From Camelus ferus (taxonomy: Eukaryota), in contig NC_045697.1 of assembly GCF_009834535.1 (NCBI RefSeq), positions 19,036,001-19,100,000 of the forward strand: 64,000 nucleotides of DNA, in the 5' to 3' direction. Position numbers and translations under genes: made by a program. The notes under the pieces are model-generated. The model had not been told where the DNA came from. It did no database searches and saw only the letters and a list, made by a program, of their open reading frames with translations. Of this stretch, positions 35,666 to 47,839 are shown piece after piece; position 1 is the stretch's first letter, and each line of letters opens with the position of its first letter.

Positions 35666-36039
35666 CATGGAGAAGGTTCTTGGGTAAAGAAGGACAGTTT
35701 AGGGAAGTGGGGAGTTGGGCCAGGATTGGGAAGAAGTGGGTACAGGAAGCACTGATGAGCTGCTCGGCTCAGACCTCCAGAAAACAGTGTCCACGGGCCT
35801 CAGAGTTGTCCCACCCGAAGGTTGGGGAGGCTGGGTCTCCCTGAGGTTCCCAGAGTGCTGACGTGCTACCCACCAACGCCAGCCCCTCCCTTGGAGCCTC
35901 TTCACCCACCCACACTTCCCTCCATCATCCCTCCATCCATTCTCTTCACGTACCCCATGGGTGTGCCTTCTCTTCCCTGCCTGACTCCAAAACTCACTAT
36001 GTTTTTCCAAATCGTTCTGTCTGAATAACCAGAGGGTGA

Positions 36040-36429
36040 GATGTTTGGGCCAGCCCGAGCCCTCTCATCCTCAATCTGATGGCTGCTTCTCTGCCGTTCT
36101 GCCTGGGGGCTTCCTGAGGTGCAAGGTCCCGCAGGTGCTCACAAGCAGGGCCACAGTGTCACAGCCCTTGGGAGCAGCCTCAAGCAGTGACTGGGGGAGG
36201 CAGTGGAAAGTCCCCCAGAGTCCTCGCCCTTCGATTTCTTCCAGGGGTCTGAGCCAGGCTGCTCAGGGCAGCGACTGCACATCAGAGCTCCCTGTGTTGG
36301 CCGCCTTCCCTTTCCCAGCCCACTTTCCCAACTCCCTAACAGTCCTTCTTGGCATCACCTCCCAGTGAACCTGTCGGCACTTGAACCTTTGGCTCAGAAT
36401 CTGCTTCTGTGAGAACTCAACCTAGGACA
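36040..36429 (+). mobile_element. ERVL solo LTR (LTR16-like)
   Basis: gggagcagcctcaagcagtgactgg..catcacctcccagtgaac..gcacttgaacctttggctcagaatctgcttctg..aacctaggaca. Confidence 0.75.
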
Positions 36430-36494
36430 CCAGGTAATCAGATGCTGACCTCTTAAGTGCACTGAGTGCCTCATCTATCCAGGTCACTCACCCG

Positions 36495-36975
36495 CTACCA
36501 TGGTTAAACTGTCTAAATTCCATAGCGAGGTTGATAAGATCCTCCAAGAGTTGGCCACTGCTGACTGCCCAGCTTCACCTTTCCCCAGTGCTCTCTCCAC
36601 CACACCCTCCTGCCTGACACCCGCATACCAGCTGTGCTCAATTATGTGCAGTTCTTGGAATATATTCCAATCTCAAGCCTCTGGCCCTGTACCATGCTGG
36701 TCTTTCTGCCAGGAACATCCCCACCATTCATTAGTCTACCTCCCACTTGGCTTCCAGGTTGCAGCCTTCTCTGACTACCCTCCTGAAGCACACACCCGCG
36801 CTGGGTGACATGACCCTCTTCTTTGCACCCAAACCACTCCGTTCTGATATTGTCTACTCTCTCCCGCTAGACTGTAAGCTCCGGGATGCAGAAACTCTGA
36901 CATCTCTTCAGATTCCCAAGCCTAGCCCCATACCTATGCAGAGTAGGTTTTGGGAAAAAATACTTGATGAATTAC
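36495..36975 (+). mobile_element. LINE-2 3' end
   Basis: ctagactgtaagctcc..cccaagcctagc..agagtagg..ttgatgaat. Confidence 0.7.
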
Positions 36976-37858
36976 TAGGGGAAGAAAGAGTAGTAAATGA
37001 AAAAGCTTTTAATTTTGGAAAGGGAGTAAGACAATTTCTCTAATACAAGGTGGAATACGGTGAGAATCATGAGGAAATCGAAACCACTTTGTGGGCGGCC
37101 AGTGTGGACACAAGGCAACAATGACTTCCTTGTAAAAGAGGTGAACTTGGACTTTGAAAGTTGTCAAGGACGAAGATAGCAGGGCAGTGGAATCGGAGAG
37201 GAGGCGGTACAGAGACAACCCTGAGCACAGATGTCCTGAGGAATGAGGCAGGCCAGCAGCGTGCAGGGCACCCAGGAGAGCTTTTGCGGGGGGCAGTGAG
37301 GAAGGCAAGGATGGGGGTGCTTCCTCTGACCACGTAGACACCGTCCCAGTACGTGTGACTTTGCTTATTGTCTCGTCTGCTGACCCTCCCCCAGCACTGC
37401 CATCTTTCCTTCCTTCCTCGGCTTCCTCTGTTAGTGGGTGAGGCTTCCTGTTAAGTGTTCTGAGAACTGTGGTTTTCAGACCTTCAGAGACTAGGAATGC
37501 CTGCCAGCAAAATTACCACTGAAGAGCCCCACTGAATTCCAAGAAACGGCTCCTCACTGCGCTAACCTGGGCACTCCAGGGGGCACCAGCCTCCCGGGGC
37601 ATACGCCGTCCTCCTCACTCTCGGGGCCCATCCTTGACAGAGCGTGCAAGGCCAGTCAGGAAGGTTCTGTGCTGCTCCGCTTTTTGTCAGCAAAGCCAGA
37701 CTGTAAAGGCCAGGCTGCTTGCTATATAAGGCAATCCTGCGCTGAATCATTTCCAGGACAGAGACCCCCTTCCAAAGTGAATCACCATTCTTTTGTTTTT
37801 TAATTAATAATTTGAAAATTTTATATAAGGCAAATTTCCATTTTTCTGGAATCCACAA

Positions 37859-37920
37859 ATATATATATATATATATATTATATATAAATATATGTGTGTG
37901 TGTGTGTGTATCTATCTATC
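37859..37920. repeat. (TA)n-(TG)n-(TATC)n compound microsatellite
   Basis: Directly visible. Confidence 0.9.
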
Positions 37921-38439
37921 TGTATACATAGAACTACGCAGTAAAGAAAGACTAGACAAGGTCAATCAATGTTCACGGCCACCCATGCGGACGGCCTCAT
38001 TCTGGCTGACCCTCCGGATGGCCGGTGTTGGGGACTGGCTGGAGAACAAGAGGAGGAGGAGGTTGGGGTGTCTCCTCCCCACTTCCGCCCACTTCAGTGC
38101 CCCCCTCTGGCACCGCCTGCCTCCCTCCCCAGGTCAGCCCCTGCAAGGCAGCCCAACTCTCCTCACAGCTTCCACGCTCGGAGAGCTGGGGGCCACGGCA
38201 CCCTCCCCTTCCTCCTTCAGCTCACAGGGGGAGTATCCTCTCCCGACTCTTGCAGGAGGTGGATGCACCCCACTCCGTGTTTTTTCCCGGCCCCCTGCCC
38301 ACACCTCATACCCAGCCCGTTTATTAGAGTCTCTCAATTTGAACCATCTGGAGCGAGTGCTGCTTCCTGCTGCACCCTGACCAATACGCTGACAAATCAG
38401 AGAGTCCCTGTGGTGCCCTGTGAAAGGCACTGGTCTTAA

Positions 38440-38570
38440 ATCAAGAGGCTGAAGTGCAAGGATTGGCTGACTTTGGGCAAGTCACTTCACTTTTCAGGGT
38501 CTTGGTTTTCTATCTGTAGAAAAGGACTGAGAATGCCTATTTCGGAGTGTGCCATGATGATTAAAAAAAA
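38440..38570 (+). mobile_element. MIR fragment
   Basis: tgactttgggcaagtcacttcac..ttttctatctgtag..gatgattaaa. Confidence 0.75.
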
Positions 38571-38691
38571 AAAGTTAAAATGACCAGGAAACACTAAAGG
38601 AATGCAAAGAGTTCAAGAATTCTTAGAAAACTAGAATATTCGGTTACTCTGCATATCCCATCAACTCTTCTGGATAAGAATATTTGCTTTG

Positions 38692-39062
38692 TGTCTTAGT
38701 CAGTTCAGGCCAATATAACAAAAACAACGTGGGTGGCTTAAATGACAAACATTTATTTCTCACTGTTCCTAGGGCTGGAAGTCTGAGATCAAGTCTCTTG
38801 GCAGATCCCGTGTCTGGTGAGAGGACCCTTCCTGGTTTGCAGAAGGAGATGGCCCTCTTCTTGTAACCTCACCTGGTGGAGAGAGTGATCCCATGTCTCC
38901 TCCTCTTTTTTATAAAGATGTTAATCCCATCATGAGGGCCCCACCCCAATGATCTCATCCAACTCTAAGTTCCTTCCAAGGACCCATCAACTACTACCAT
39001 CTCACTGGGGCTAGGTTTCAACATATGAATTTTGGGGGGACACAAATATCCGGTTCATGACG
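38692..39062 (-). mobile_element. MaLR solo LTR (MLT1A-like)
   Basis: tgtcttagtcagttcagg...tttcaacatatgaattttggggggacacaaa. 5-bp TSD ctttg at 38687-38691 and 39063-39067. Confidence 0.92.
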
Positions 39063-39207
39063 CTTTGTCTAAAGCAAAGTACACCTACACCCTGTGCTGA
39101 GACCAGAGGCGACTAGAAAAAGGAAAGCCCCCGGCCTCTCTCCTTCCTATGTGTCCATGTTCTTTATGCCTAAGTTTAAGTTTTTAAAAAAAAAATACAG
39201 TTTAAAT

Positions 39208-39307
39208 TTACAGTAGGTCCTTGCTGTTTATCTATTTCATATATAGTAGCGAGTATCTATTAACCCCAAACTTCTAATTTATCCCTTCCTCTTTGGTAAC
39301 CATAAGC
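39208..39307 (-). mobile_element. Short LINE-1 3' UTR fragment
   Basis: cagtaggtccttgctgtttatctatttcatatatagtag..ccccaaacttctaatttatccct..tttggtaaccataag. Confidence 0.8.
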
Positions 39308-40468
39308 TGAGCTTGTTTTAATCATCCACCTTCAGTGAGTGTCTTAGGCAGAAGCTTCTGTGCTTGAGTCTTACAAGGACCAGTCTGCTTTTTCTTTTCC
39401 ATCTTCTGTCATTCTATAATCAACTGGGCTTTATTTTGTATTCCTCCAAATCTTTCACATTCTGTCCCGTGTTTTGGGCTCCTTTAACTCCTTTAAATTG
39501 CACGCTTTCCTAGAGTGTAAAGTAATACTTTTTAGTAAGAACTCTATCACTCACTAAATTCTCTTTACCACCTCACCCCAATGCTATCTCAGGCAGGACT
39601 CTCCTACAGATGGTTTTTATCAATGAGAAATTGTTGTCTTGACTTTAGAAAAATCTAGATCAATTTTTGTGTGTGTGGCCAAAATTCACCAGAAAGTATT
39701 TCACTCTCTACTTTGCTTTAATCATATAGACTTGGCCTAAAAATCTGATCTTTTCCTGGAGTTGGTCATTCCAGCACTACATGGGTGTTCCCCATACAAG
39801 GGAACAATCAACAAGATAAAGTTACTTTGAGCTCTTAATTGGTTTGCCAGAACTTCCTTTTCCTATCACAAAACAGCCTTCTGAGCCTCACATTTAATTT
39901 AATCCTGCCCAGAGCTTTAGTGAACAAGAAACGTTCTGGAAATAAAAGCAAATTCACATGTAAATGACTAATTGATACTTTTAACCTCCCAATAACCCTT
40001 ATTATTTGTCTTTACCAAATCTAGTGCCAAAACAGCTTTGAATGTTGTTCGAATTCTTTTGATCCCTGGAGTTTTATTGTACCAAATATTTGCTAGAAAT
40101 AAACAGGACCTTCTTACAGGACTTGGCAATACTTTGATATGCAAAGATTTTTGATCCTGCTAATTATGGTAATTGTGTTTAATAACTGTGACTTGGTATA
40201 ATTTTCCTTCTTGATAATTTATAGTCATACTTAAAAACAAACAAATAAAAAACCAGAATTAATCTCTTTTAGGTAAGACATGGCATGACACCTCTACAGC
40301 GTGTGTGGCAACCCAAATGGGGAAGCCCTACGCATTCCTAGTTTCTAGGACCGGAGTGCGTGGGACTTGCTGTACCCTCCCAACCCCTCAGAATTGCTGT
40401 ACCCTTCAGGGCCTACAGAGCAGATGAATGTTCCCTCTATGTGAGAGCCCTCCCCACAGGCAATTTAT

Positions 40469-40693
40469 CAAGGGTCAGCAGACTCTTTCTGTAAGGGCCA
40501 GGTAGTAAATATGTTAGGCTTTGAGGGTCACACGGTCTCTGCTCCATCTTCTCAGTTCTGCCATTACAGTGAGAAAGTTGCAGAGACAAACAGGCAAGCA
40601 AAAGGACATGGCGGTGTTGCAATAAAATTTTATTTACAAAAATAAGTGCTGGGCTAGATTTGACCCTGAGGGCTTGTAGCTTGCCATCCCCTG
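40469..40693. mobile_element. MER58A hAT MITE
   Basis: caagggtcagcagactctttctgtaagggccaggtagtaaatat...caataaaattttatttacaaaaa...ttgccatcccctg. Confidence 0.88.
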
Positions 40694-40819
40694 CTTTATT
40701 TCATTACAGAGCAATTGCTATATTGTACTGTAATTATCTCAAACTTGTCTCTCTCCTCCTTAAACTCATGCACTTCTAACGCAGAGACTCCCCTGTTAAA
40801 CATTTTCAAAAATAGAGTC

Positions 40820-42440
40820 CAATCATTGGGCATCCACTCATAAAAATAATTGGTTCAATCAAGAGTCATCAGTGGACACTAAAACAAGTGAGAGACTTTA
40901 ATGAGAAACAAGATATTTCTGTAATCTCTAAATATCTCCCCACAACATACTTATTAATTGCAAAGGGGAAATAGTCATTTTTATGGGGGAGAAACCTGGC
41001 AAAACCCCCCTCAATCAAGTGGTCAAAGTTAAGACAACTGGTCACAGGATAAATCAACACCATGTGCCTCACTTCTGTGGGATTCCTGCCAAAAGTAAAT
41101 AATCTGAGTTCAATCATGTGAAAACATCAAAGAAACCCTTACTGAGGAGCATTCTACATAATATTTGGACTATATTCACCAACAGCAGTGCCATGAAGGA
41201 CAAATACTGAGGAAATGAACTGGTCCAGATTGAAGAATTGAAAAGAAATGTGAAAAGTGAAGGCAACATATGACCCAGGATTTTCTTTTTATAAAGGGCA
41301 TTATTGGGAAGATAGACAAATCTGAAAAGGGTCTGCAGATTGAATAGTGTTTTGTGTCAAAGTTAGTTCCAGATTTTGATAATTATACAGTGGTTATGCC
41401 CTTGATTTTAGTACATACACACTGAGGTATTTACAGGTAAATAGGCAGCATGGCTGCAACTAGGGTGACCAGTTGTCCCTGTTTGCCTGGGACTAAAAGA
41501 ACTCCCACATGTGGGACTTTTGTATTTCCATGGCACTATAGTCATTATTTCCTTTAATTTAAGAAACAATAATAAATTCTTTCAGCAGGTGACAATTCCA
41601 GGTGAGAAATAAGCTCTGAAGCCAAAGTATCCTGAAAGGATACCATACAATAAAATGTGCAATCAATTCTGGTAAATGCTTGATCTTAAACTTACTCATT
41701 ATTATGTTCTAGGTATATGAGATTTGTGAAAATTACATGACTTACTGTAACTTCTATAAGGTGAACTTTAAAAAAAAATGGATTTCTAGGAGGAGAAGAA
41801 AACACTGGAATGACGTTTTGCTCTGCTAAGGCTCATATTGAGTCCTCTGAATCCCAGACACCCAGTGGCTGAGACAGGCTCCTGCTGGGACTGATAGTAG
41901 CTCCTGAGGTTGTGTGACTGGCCAGGTTTAGGGGGAAATGAGATCCTTCTCCTGTGCTCTGAAAGGGCCAATCAGCTAAGCCCTGAGGGATGAGACAGAA
42001 GATGAAGAGGAAGCAGAACTCTCCGAGGCAGTGGAGGAGACTGAACAACATGAATTCTGCTTCCTCACCTCCTTCAGACATCCACTCAGCCCCTTGGGTT
42101 ACAGCAATTAAAGTGGTTCAGAACTATTTCAGTCCAGGATGGGCATGGACCATCAGTTACCAGATGTTTGCCTTTTAATATTAAAATCAGCAATGTCCCA
42201 GGCAAACTGGGAGGAGTTGGTCACCCCAGCGGCAATGGACACTCAGAACACTCAGAACAAAAATGTGTATGTGTGGAGCACAGGGCGGTGTCTGGGTGTG
42301 TCTACGTGTATGTGTCTGTGTGACTGCAGAACAAACGCGGTAAATGTTAACAGTTGGGGCATATGAGTGAAGAATCCTTGTACCAATCTTGCAACTTTTC
42401 CATGGCTCAAATTATAGCAAATTAAAATGTTGAAAGGAAA
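40820..42440 (+). mobile_element. Old LINE-1 3' UTR (L1MC-like) split at 41461-42228
   Basis: cttattaattgcaaagggg..ggagaaacctggc..ggcagcatggctgcaac on the left; ggtaaatgttaacagttggg..ttgtaccaatcttgcaacttttc on the right. Confidence 0.8.
41461..42228. mobile_element. MER94-like hAT-Blackjack MITE with a ~640 bp internal insert
   Basis: TIRs tagggtgaccagttgtccctgtttgcctgggac and gtcccaggcaaactgggaggagttggtcacccca. 8-bp TSD gctgcaac (41453-41460) / gcggcaat (42229-42236). Confidence 0.85.
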
Positions 42441-42679
42441 CTTCAGTCCAGTTTGAAGAAATGTCCTTCTAGGTAGAATCAAATGTGTTCTTTGTGCCAT
42501 GGTGGTGAGTACAGCGGCCCAAAGTAGAAGCCAAAGTGATCTGAGTCTCTGGGTTGTGGGGCGTTACTCAAATGTGGGGAAGGGAAGCCCTGCAGGACCC
42601 CAGCTGGAACACTGGAAGCCTGTCCTAGATACCAGGTTTTTAGACCCAGGAGTTAGAAGCAAGTCCAAAAATAACTGAA

Positions 42680-42865
42680 TGTCAGTTACTATTTCATCAC
42701 TGATCCTCTGCCAGGCACAATGTTACAGGTGCACCTTCAGCTCTCAGAACAACCTCGGGGGAGACTGAGAATAAGCGGAAAAAGAGAGTCATGAAAGAGT
42801 TAAACACTTGATTAATGGAACACAGCTACAAGTGGCCAAGGAAGGATTCAAAACCAACTCCACAT
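42680..42865 (-). mobile_element. MIR
   Basis: ctctgccaggcaca..ctcagaacaacct..gagttaaacacttg..cacagctacaagtggc..aggattcaaaacca. Confidence 0.65.
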
Positions 42866-43159
42866 AATGGGAAGACAACACAAATGCCTAACAGTGGGGG
42901 AGGGGGCAGTTAAACACTGTATGTCCATCCCTACTGGGGAACAGGAAGTGGCTGTTTAAAAATATGAATGATTGCTGCATCTTCTGATATATGGACAGGT
43001 CATCAGTGATGTGTTGTGGAGTCAGATTAGCCCAGCTACATTCAGTCTGTGTTATATGAACCCCTTTGTGCATGTAGGTATATGTTTAATCTATGTGTGT
43101 GTGTGTGTGTAAAACTATAGTCATACACACACATTTTGTGTTAATAGAAAGTTCAAGGC

Positions 43160-43310
43160 TGTAGGCCTCTCAGACTTTAGAGCCCATAAGAATCACCTGG
43201 TGAGCTTGTTAAACTGTATATTCATACCACGCTCTGCTCCTGATTAAGAGGTAGCCTAGGTGGGGGACCCTGCAAGTCTGCGTTTACAACAAGCACCTGT
43301 GATCTGGAAG
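43160..43310. mobile_element. MER5-family MITE fragment
   Basis: cataagaatcacctggtgagcttgttaaa..tctgcgtttacaacaagcacc. Confidence 0.7.
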
Positions 43311-44084
43311 GCTGTCAATCAAGCTATTTCCATTGGTTTCACCTAAAGACTAAGAATTTTCACTTTTAGACTTTTAAAAAAAATTGTATTGTGTGAATAT
43401 TTTTAAACAATCATGGACCACTTTGATAATTTTAAAATTTATTTTTCAGCCCTGCCCCAATATTGGTCCTCTTACCATACCCCAGCCTGCCTGACAGCTC
43501 CTGGACTGAAGACCAGTACGTTACTGGCAGCGGTGACCCAGGCCCCAGGGGAGCAGAGCGCTGTAAGGCCGTTTCTGAGGCCAAGCTCAAGGTAAGCCCA
43601 GGGGTTAGCACATATGTAGGAAACTCATCTGAGCTTCTGGAAACAGCGACTGTGGCATCTCCAAAGGAATGTATGTCTGGGAGGCCAAGGCTCAACAAAG
43701 GCAGGTTGTGACCTCCCAGAGCAGTTGCTGGAAGCAAAGACAAAAGAAATCCCCAGCGCCTAGCTGGTTCCTTGAAGAAAAGAGTAATTGAATTTTTTTC
43801 TTTAGTGTTTGTGAGCAACCTGTGCTAAACTGGGCTGTCTATTTCCTCTCCCAGGATTATGACCTGTGGAGGTTCTGGGAGCCAGAGATGGTGCCTGGGA
43901 TCCAGGCAGCTGGGGTGAAATCTCAGTCCCTGGGAGTACCTGGAAGGGGTGCTGGGGCTTCCGGGTCTTGGAGAACCCATTTCTGCTCTGTTTCGCTTCT
44001 GTTTCCCCTGAACAGAGTGGGGAATGCTGGAGAGAGGAGCGGAGCACCCACACAGAAAAAAGGTAAAAATGTAAAATGTAAAAG

Positions 44085-44840
44085 GATCCAGCATCTTATC
44101 ATTTCTCATCATTTCCATCACTCACACACGGGTCCAGGCTGCCAATGCCTCTCATCTAGATGACTGTAGGCTTGGCTGTAGCAACAGCAAAACCCACGAT
44201 CGCCCTGCACCTGCTCCTGTCACCTTCAGCCTGTGCACAGCGCTGCAGCCATGGTCATCTGGTCAGTAACAGAGAAACCAGAGCGCGTCATGCTGGTGCC
44301 TCCAATGGCTTCCCATTCCACTCAGAATAAAGCCTAAACTCCTCACACGACTCATGAGGCCTTATCCACTCGGGTTCTCAGACCTTATCAAATACTAGTC
44401 CTCACCTTGATTGCTTCTCTGTAACTGTGCTGACCTCTTGTTCTTCCTCAAACTACCCAAACATTTCATGCCTCTGGGCATCTGTTCTTGCCCTTCCCTC
44501 ATCCTGGAATGCTTTTCCTTCAGATATCTGCCTGACTTTCCTCCTCTCCAATTTCAGTACTTTGCTCAAATAACCCCTTCTCACTGAGGCCTTCTCTTAC
44601 CACTGTGTCTAAAACTGTAACCTTCAACACACTTTCCACTGTACTTTTCTTTCTCCTTAGTACTTACCACCACTTAACATATTATACATTTACCTTATCT
44701 GGTGATGGTCTTTAGCCCCATTAGACTGAAAGCTCCATTAGTATAGGGATGTATTTGTTTTTATGGCTGTATTCTTAGTGCCCAGAACATCTCCTGGAAT
44801 ATACTTGGCACATAAATGTCTGTTGACCGGTTGCTAACTG
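44085..44840 (+). mobile_element. LINE-2 (L2a-like) 3' portion
   Basis: ctccaatggcttcccatt..cctggaatgcttttcc..ttagactgaaagctccat..ggctgtattcttagtgcccagaaca..ataaatgtctgttga. Confidence 0.88.
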
Positions 44841-46526
44841 GACGGGAATCACTTTACCAGATTTCTGTATGCCTTGACTCTCATGCTGCATTTGGGGTAA
44901 GGATGCGTGAGTCCTAATGTGATGCACAGAGGAGAAGTCTTCTGAACTTAAGCATGCATGTGAATAAACACTCAGCATCTTCTGAACTGTCCGAAAAGTC
45001 TTCAAGTCCTAGCCACCCTTTCTCTTGAAGGTCCCAACTTCCATCTTAGAAAATCTATTTAGATGCACCTACTTTCCACATTAAACATAATTTTGGTTTA
45101 CATTTTTAAAAGGACTATTATAATTTTGCTTTTGAAGTCATTTGGCAGCAAGTGCGGCAGTTCATTTACAATTGGCTCTGACTTAGCAGTCATGCATGCT
45201 TGGGAGTTCTTTTGAAGTGAAATCAAATCTAACCTTAAAATGATCTTCAAACGTAATGAAATTTTTCTGAATAATCAACTCAACCGTTAATGAAATTGGG
45301 ATAATGCTCTGCTTTGTGGGCATTTATGGAAGCACTTGGTAATTCAGGTTTTGCGGTGCTCCGTGTATGTGTTAGAGCTGATAATTGTTTTCTTTGGGGG
45401 CTCAGCCATGTTTATGGGCCCCTGGAATCTCATCACACCCAGGTCTTGGACCTAGAAAATCCAAAGGATAAAACAGTAGTGGCAAAAGTCAGAGATTAGA
45501 AAAAGGAAGTGTCCATTGCTGCCTGATAACGTAGGTCCTTGACTAGTGGTAGATGTTCCATGAGCATGGCGGGGAGCCAGGGACCGTGGCGGGGTTCGCC
45601 GGGCTTGTGCTGGAAGTCTCTGTCCCAGTTTGCTGTCATGCACAAGCCAGACGGGTGCCCATTCTTTATGTGTGGTAGACCTCTGGTGGCCAGGCAGACC
45701 ACTTCCCTCTGTGACCCTCCCTTCCCCACTTCCATCGTCTTCTGGGCCCCGATGAAGGAAATGTTTTCACTGACATTTTATGACACTTTTGCAGAATTCC
45801 GTTGACTCATGCGAGACAAGATGGGGGAGTTTTCTGCAGCAGTTGCCACGTGGGAAAACAGAAAAGTGAGTCACCTCGTATGCCAAGCCGGCTGTTGTCT
45901 GTGCAGAGCATTTTTCATCACGTTACCTTCAAAGCTGTCCCTCATTTGCAATGACATTAGCCTTGGTGAATTTGTTTTCCTCTCTTAAGCTGTCAGTTGC
46001 CGAGGTTTTCTTGTTGCTCTTGCAGGCAGAGCACATTTATTTATCACAGAAGAACCTGGCTCTGAAAGGATTCATGCACACTTCCTTCTTGAGAGGGAAA
46101 GAAAACATCTCATTCCCAGCCCGTGCCATCCACTGCAAACCTTTCCAAACCAAAAGCTAATGAGTGTCCACGAGTGGACAGATGTCATCCAAAGCAGGCA
46201 TGGATCATTTTGTTTGTTCTTCTGGCTAACCCTGCACGACTTTGAACCCACTCTGTAAATAAAAGAGACAGGAGCACAAAACTCCATATACTTCCTGCTT
46301 TCCTCCCAGCTTGCTGACATTTCAAAGCCCCATATGTTTCCCTAAACAAAGTTTCATGAAAATACGTATTACAAAATAATACAACGATTTTTGGGTTATT
46401 ACAAGCCAAGAAGACTGAGGCTGCCTGCCTGTGGCTGTGCAGGGCAGTTTACAGGATGCTGTGATTATCTCTACCTCTCTGCATAACAGCAGGCATATTT
46501 GAAAGGTTTAAAATGGAGATATGGAT

Positions 46527-46680
46527 GGGGAGGGTATAGCTCAGTGGTAGAGTGTGTGCTTAGCATACACAAGGTCATGGGTTCAATCCCCAGTACCGCC
46601 ATTAAAAAACAAATAAATAAACCTAATTACCTCCCTTCCCCCCAACCAAAACAAGTAAAAAAGAATAATCACTTAGTGAC
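46527..46680 (+). mobile_element. Camelid tRNA-derived SINE (vic-1-like)
   Basis: ggggagggtatagctcagtggtagag..gggttcaatccccagtacc..aaacctaattacc. Flanking repeat ttaaaatggaga at 46508-46519 and 46681-46692. Confidence 0.95.
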
Positions 46681-46846
46681 TTAAAATGGAGACTAAGACC
46701 CATGGCATGTGTTTGCTTCTTCATTTAGTCATGTAAGTTAGCAATATCCTGCAACTAAACTGCAAGCAAGATATAGTTTTAATAAATATTTCCTATTCAG
46801 AAATGGATGACTAGATAGCATTGAAACACATTGACTCCTAAGGAGG

Positions 46847-47830
46847 TGTGATGGACATTTGCTGGTCGTCTCTCCAGCATAGATTCTTTCCTTCCCCGTG
46901 TTAATTTTCCTTGGGAATACTCACCTCTTTCACTCTCACTGTTGGTCTAGACAGGAATGACCTCAGCCCCACCTCCGGGAATGAATTATAGTTGGCTCAA
47001 GCCAATCAATGCATCCCCTTCCTCAGGCCATGTGGATTGGTCAGGGATGGGTTCGTGACTCAATTTGGGCCAATGATTCTACATTAAAAGAAGAGAAAGA
47101 GCTCAAGTAAACAACCTAACTTTATACCTCGGGGAACTAGAAAAAGAACAAAGTAAGCCCAGATTAGTAGGAAAGAAGAAATGACAAAGATCAGAGCAGA
47201 AAATTTAAATGAAATATGGTTTAAAGACTAAAAAGGCAATAGAAAAAAGACGATAGAAAGGACCAATGAAACTAAGAGCTGTATTTTTAAAAAGATAAAC
47301 AAAATAGACAAGCCTTTAATTAGACTTACCAAGAAAAAAAAGAGGGAAGACTCAAATAAATAAAATCAGAAGTGAAAGAGGAGATATTATAAGTCCTTTC
47401 ACAGAAATGCAAAAGATCATAAGAGACTACTGTGAACAATTATGTGCGAACAAATTGGACAACCTAGAAGAAATGGATAAATTCCTAAAAGCATATAACC
47501 TATCAAGGTTGAATCATAGAGAAACAGAAAATCTGAACAGACCGATTAATAGTAAGGAGCTTAAATCAGTGATCAAAAAACAAAACAAAACAAAACAAAA
47601 AATATCCCAACAAAAAAATCTAGGACCAGATGGCTTCACTGGTGAGTTCTACCAAGAATTTAAAGAATTAATACTGATACTTCTTATACTCTTTCCATTT
47701 GGGCCAGTGAGAGAGGTGACAATCACAGGACTTGGGTGGAAAATACTAAAAGAGATTCTCTGTCCCTGGATCACACCTGGTCTGGTGTGAGGATGTGAGG
47801 TGTGGGACAACCATAGCAATTTGCTACCCT
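46847..47830 (+). mobile_element. MaLR LTR (MLT1K/L-like) split by an L1 fragment
   Basis: tgtgatgg..aagccaatca..gattggtcagggatggg..tgactcaatttgggccaatga, resuming at 47697. Confidence 0.75.
47077..47696 (+). mobile_element. Internal LINE-1 ORF2 fragment (linker to start of RT), no 3' UTR or poly(A)
   Basis: ORF 47407..47790 reads QKIIRDYCEQLCANKLDNLEEMDKFL...NLNRPI...GPDGFTGEFYQEFKE, matching L1 ORF2p. Confidence 0.95.
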
Positions 47831-47839
47831 GGGCAATTT

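Noticed and set aside
37892..38439. 162-aa and 156-aa overlapping ORFs
   Set aside because: One starts in a microsatellite; both are Pro/Ser-rich products of C-rich DNA with no recognisable homology.
47407..47790. Functional reverse transcriptase gene
   Set aside because: Short internal L1 ORF2 fragment lacking the RT catalytic core; the frame runs on into LTR sequence.
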